Shown here piece after piece: positions 61,419 to 64,000 of a stretch of DNA of 64,000 nucleotides. The position numbers and the translations under genes were made by a program. How positions within the stretch are numbered: position 1 is the stretch's first letter; the number at the start of each line of letters is the position of its first letter. The DNA is from Candidatus Bathyarchaeota archaeon (GTDB lineage Archaea > Thermoproteota > Bathyarchaeia > Bathyarchaeales > Bathycorpusculaceae): contig OY970340.1 in NCBI GenBank assembly GCA_963717465.1, forward strand, positions 192,001 through 256,000. The letters are read 5' to 3'. Below the pieces are notes generated by a model. That model was not told the DNA's origin. It saw only the letters and a list, made by a program, of their open reading frames with translations, and did no database searches.

Positions 61419-62187
61419 ATGCAGTTAAGTTTGTCTAATGGAATTTTTAGCAAGTTAAGTTTAGAAGAAAACCTTGCCACTGTTAAAGCATTGGGTTTTA
61501 ATAACTTAGAGTTTAACATGAAAACGGTAAGTACTGAAAGTGACATTGCCGTTTACAAGGCCCAAAAACTCATGTCTACTAATGGATTAAAGTGCCTTAC
61601 CCTTCACTCTGCAACCTTACATGTTAAGGATGAAGTCGAAGATTCACCGAGCAATCTATTACGGAAAAATCTCACTTGAATTTGCTCAACAGACTGTCTG
61701 CGCCGATTATGACAGTTCACTCAAGCATCTCTAAAAAACTCCCTCAAAACATGAGACAAAAATGCTTAAGCGCAATCTTTGGTGAACTTAATAAATTTGC
61801 AAAAGAGTTAGGCATCAAGTTAGCATTGGAGAACCTATCTTACACTTCTTCAGGTTTTGCCAAAAACGTTGATCAACTTGAAGAAGTCCTAAGCATTATT
61901 GATGCAGGGGACATGGGTATAACTTTGGATTTTTGTCATGCTTTAGAGACAAAGCAAACTGCTGATTTGCTGGAAAAATACCATAAACGTCTCTGCAACG
62001 TTCACATGGCAGAACAAGAATCATATGCCTTTCATTCAAGAAAAACCAGAGTTGACATCGTTTCCTTACTAAACTGCATGAATACGGCTATACTGGACCA
62101 ATAACACTGGAGTTAAATCATAAAACTTCCATGGAGGATATCCTTAAAACTAAAGGCTTATTTGAAAGGTTACTTGATGGTCTTTAG
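61419..62187 (+). CDS. Sugar-phosphate isomerase/epimerase-type TIM barrel, frameshifted
   Basis: LALENL, LDFCH, NVHM, then GYTGPITLEL, spread over several frames. Confidence 0.75.
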
Positions 62188-62480
62188 CCGCCGCCTACTG
62201 GTGGAAGAATTGCGAGAACATCGCCATCATGAAGCACCGTTTTTAAGCCTTCACCTGTAGCAGCGCTTTTTCCATTAACAAGAAATTGGAGAAAACTCTT
62301 CACATTCCCGGTTGCCTGCGTCAAAAACATAGTCAACAAAAACTTTGCCGTACTGCTTTGAAAGTGTTCCCTAAAACAAGTGTCTATGGTAACTTTTTGA
62401 TTTTCAGTGAAACTTAGGGTTTCTTCTTTCTTGTTCACTATTTCTCGCAGTGAAGTGAAGAATCGAATTGAAACCTGCAA
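62184..62480 (-). CDS. MoaD/SAMP ubiquitin-like protein
   Basis: IRFF..LRE, LVNG, L.DGD.LAILPPVGGG; the middle looks like a compensated frameshift. Confidence 0.87.
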   Translation of the reverse strand: MQVSIRFFTSLREIVNKKEETLSFTENQKVTIDTCFREHFQSSTAKFLLTMFLTQATGNVKSFLQFLVNGKSAATGEGLKTVLHDGDVLAILPPVGGG

Positions 62481-62786
62481 CTAAGGCACCTTATTGGTAT
62501 TTACTTTAACAGCAGGATTAAACTGTTATGCCTCAAATTATGATTAATTTGGATCTGGAACTTTTAGAGCCATTTAAGAATTTTAATAAAGAATATTGCA
62601 AAAATGACGAATTATGTACAAGTAATCCAAGATATCAAGTTTTCAAAAGACATTAGTATGTAGTTTTATTCGGTTTTAACCGTTTTTCTTATAAGACTCA
62701 AAGTAGACTATTCTAGCAAAGGTTAACGGGGGGCTTCGCTGGAAAAAGGGATTTTAGAAGCCGTTCTCGAGAGCTTCGAAACTCCA

Positions 62787-64000
62787 GTGTTCTCAGTTGA
62801 CGCAAATTATTGCTATACAAGTTTCAACAAATGCCACGCTGAAGTTATGAAGGCTTTGTTCGGTGCAGACATTGCACTAGGACATAGCATGCTTGAGTAT
62901 CATACTAATCTTAAAAATCGAAAAGATGCTAAGGCGAATATTGATAGGGCTTTAGGCGGCGAGAAGGTTACGATTGAAGCCATTGCGGGGGAGAAATCTC
63001 GGATGCAACGGTACTTCAAAATAACACATACTCCGCTTGAGAAACTTGCAAGGGAAGATTTATGGAGTGGCTGTTTTCGCAATTGACATTACTGAAAGCA
63101 AAAAGAGTGAAATGAGGTATCGTAGGCTTTATGAAACCTCTCAAGACGGAATTATGGCCAGAGACCTTCAGGGTAAAATGATTAACTGCAATCAAGCTTA
63201 CATAAAGATGCTGGGTTACAGCAAGAGAGAGCTTGAAAATTTGACTCCTCAGCAAATTTTGCCTGAGAAGTGGCATAAACAAAGAGAACAAGTCATAAAG
63301 GAAGTTATCGATACTGGGCGTTCAATTGTTTTCGAGAGGGAGTACAAAAGAAAAGATGGCTCGATTTTTCCTGCTTCTGTTAGAACTTGGCGATTGAGGG
63401 ATGATAATGGGAAAACTGTTGGAATATGGTCTATTGTTCGAGATATAACTGAGCAGAAGAAAATGCAGGATGAGCTGAAAAAATACAATGATTATTTGAA
63501 GGAAATTGTTGAAGAAAAAACAAAGCAGCTTAAAGACTCAGAGCGTATGGCGGCAGTTGGTCAGACTGCTGGTATGGTTGGGCATGATATTCGAAATCCC
63601 TTGCAAGCTATAATAAGCGATGTTTATCTTGCGAATTCTGATTTGTTAGCAATGCCTGAATGCCCTGAAAAACAGGGTTTACAGGAAAGTTTGAGTGTCA
63701 ATTCAACATAACGCTGAATACATAAACAAGATTGTGGCGGACCTTCAAGATTTTGCTAGACCGCTTAACCCCATGATGGAGGATGCTGATCTTAAGCGAA
63801 TAATTGATGAGTTGCTAATCAAGAATGGTTTGCTTGAAAATATTGAAGCGAAAATTAGAGTTGAAGAAGAAGCAAGAAATTTAAGGGCTGATTCAACTTA
63901 CCTTAATCGCATTATAGGTAATTTGGTTAATAATGCGGTTCAGGCAATGCCGAAAGGCGGCAAATTAAGGGTGCATGCTTTCGCAGATAAACAGAATAAA
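62787..64000 (+). CDS. PAS sensor histidine kinase, frameshifted, runs off the window
   Basis: PAS/PAC, H-box GHDIRNPL, and a later frame with NLVNNAVQAM. Confidence 0.83.

Noticed and set aside
238..63488. Many short ORFs antisense to or overlapping well-supported genes (e.g. 868-1200, 6975-7373, 21545-22018, 45378-45881)
   Set aside because: Shadow frames with no motifs of their own.
26702..64000. Frameshifts in the ABC permease, copA, both kinases, the Lrp-like gene, the TIM barrel and MoaD as programmed frameshifts or introns
   Set aside because: Those examined are 1-nt indels, often in or beside homopolymer runs, with no inserted sequence or BHB; most likely assembly errors. Raw reads are needed to separate them from true pseudogenes.

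Overview
Archaeal chromosomal window. The gene set and the protein families resemble Bathyarchaeia, but that taxonomy is an inference. Core genes sit at both ends: porGDA, pcm, fen1, EF-1beta, cdc48, GGR and nth on the left, aIF5B and MoaD/SAMP on the right. Between them is a long accessory region with several toxin-antitoxin pairs, a nickel island (HoxN, HypA, NikR, truncated LarC, an ABC transporter, a radical SAM enzyme) carrying seven candidate NikR operators, an orphan terminase cassette with decayed duplicates, an integrase remnant beside a tRNA 3'-end fragment, MrfAB-like repair genes, YHS-CopA and PAS kinases. Two items stand out. (1) pcm is interrupted by a 31-nt insert (2514-2544) that folds into a bulge-helix-bulge motif; canonical cleavage exactly restores the conserved QTISAPHMV motif, making it a candidate intron in an archaeal protein-coding gene. 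(2) A complete 4338-bp IS6-family element (46978-51315) has 14-bp terminal inverted repeats, an 8-bp target duplication and subterminal repeats, and carries a restriction-modification pair plus two paralogous B3/EcoRII-N-like genes. Many other genes have single-base frameshifts, probably assembly errors. All family calls come from motif recognition by eye; no searches were run.
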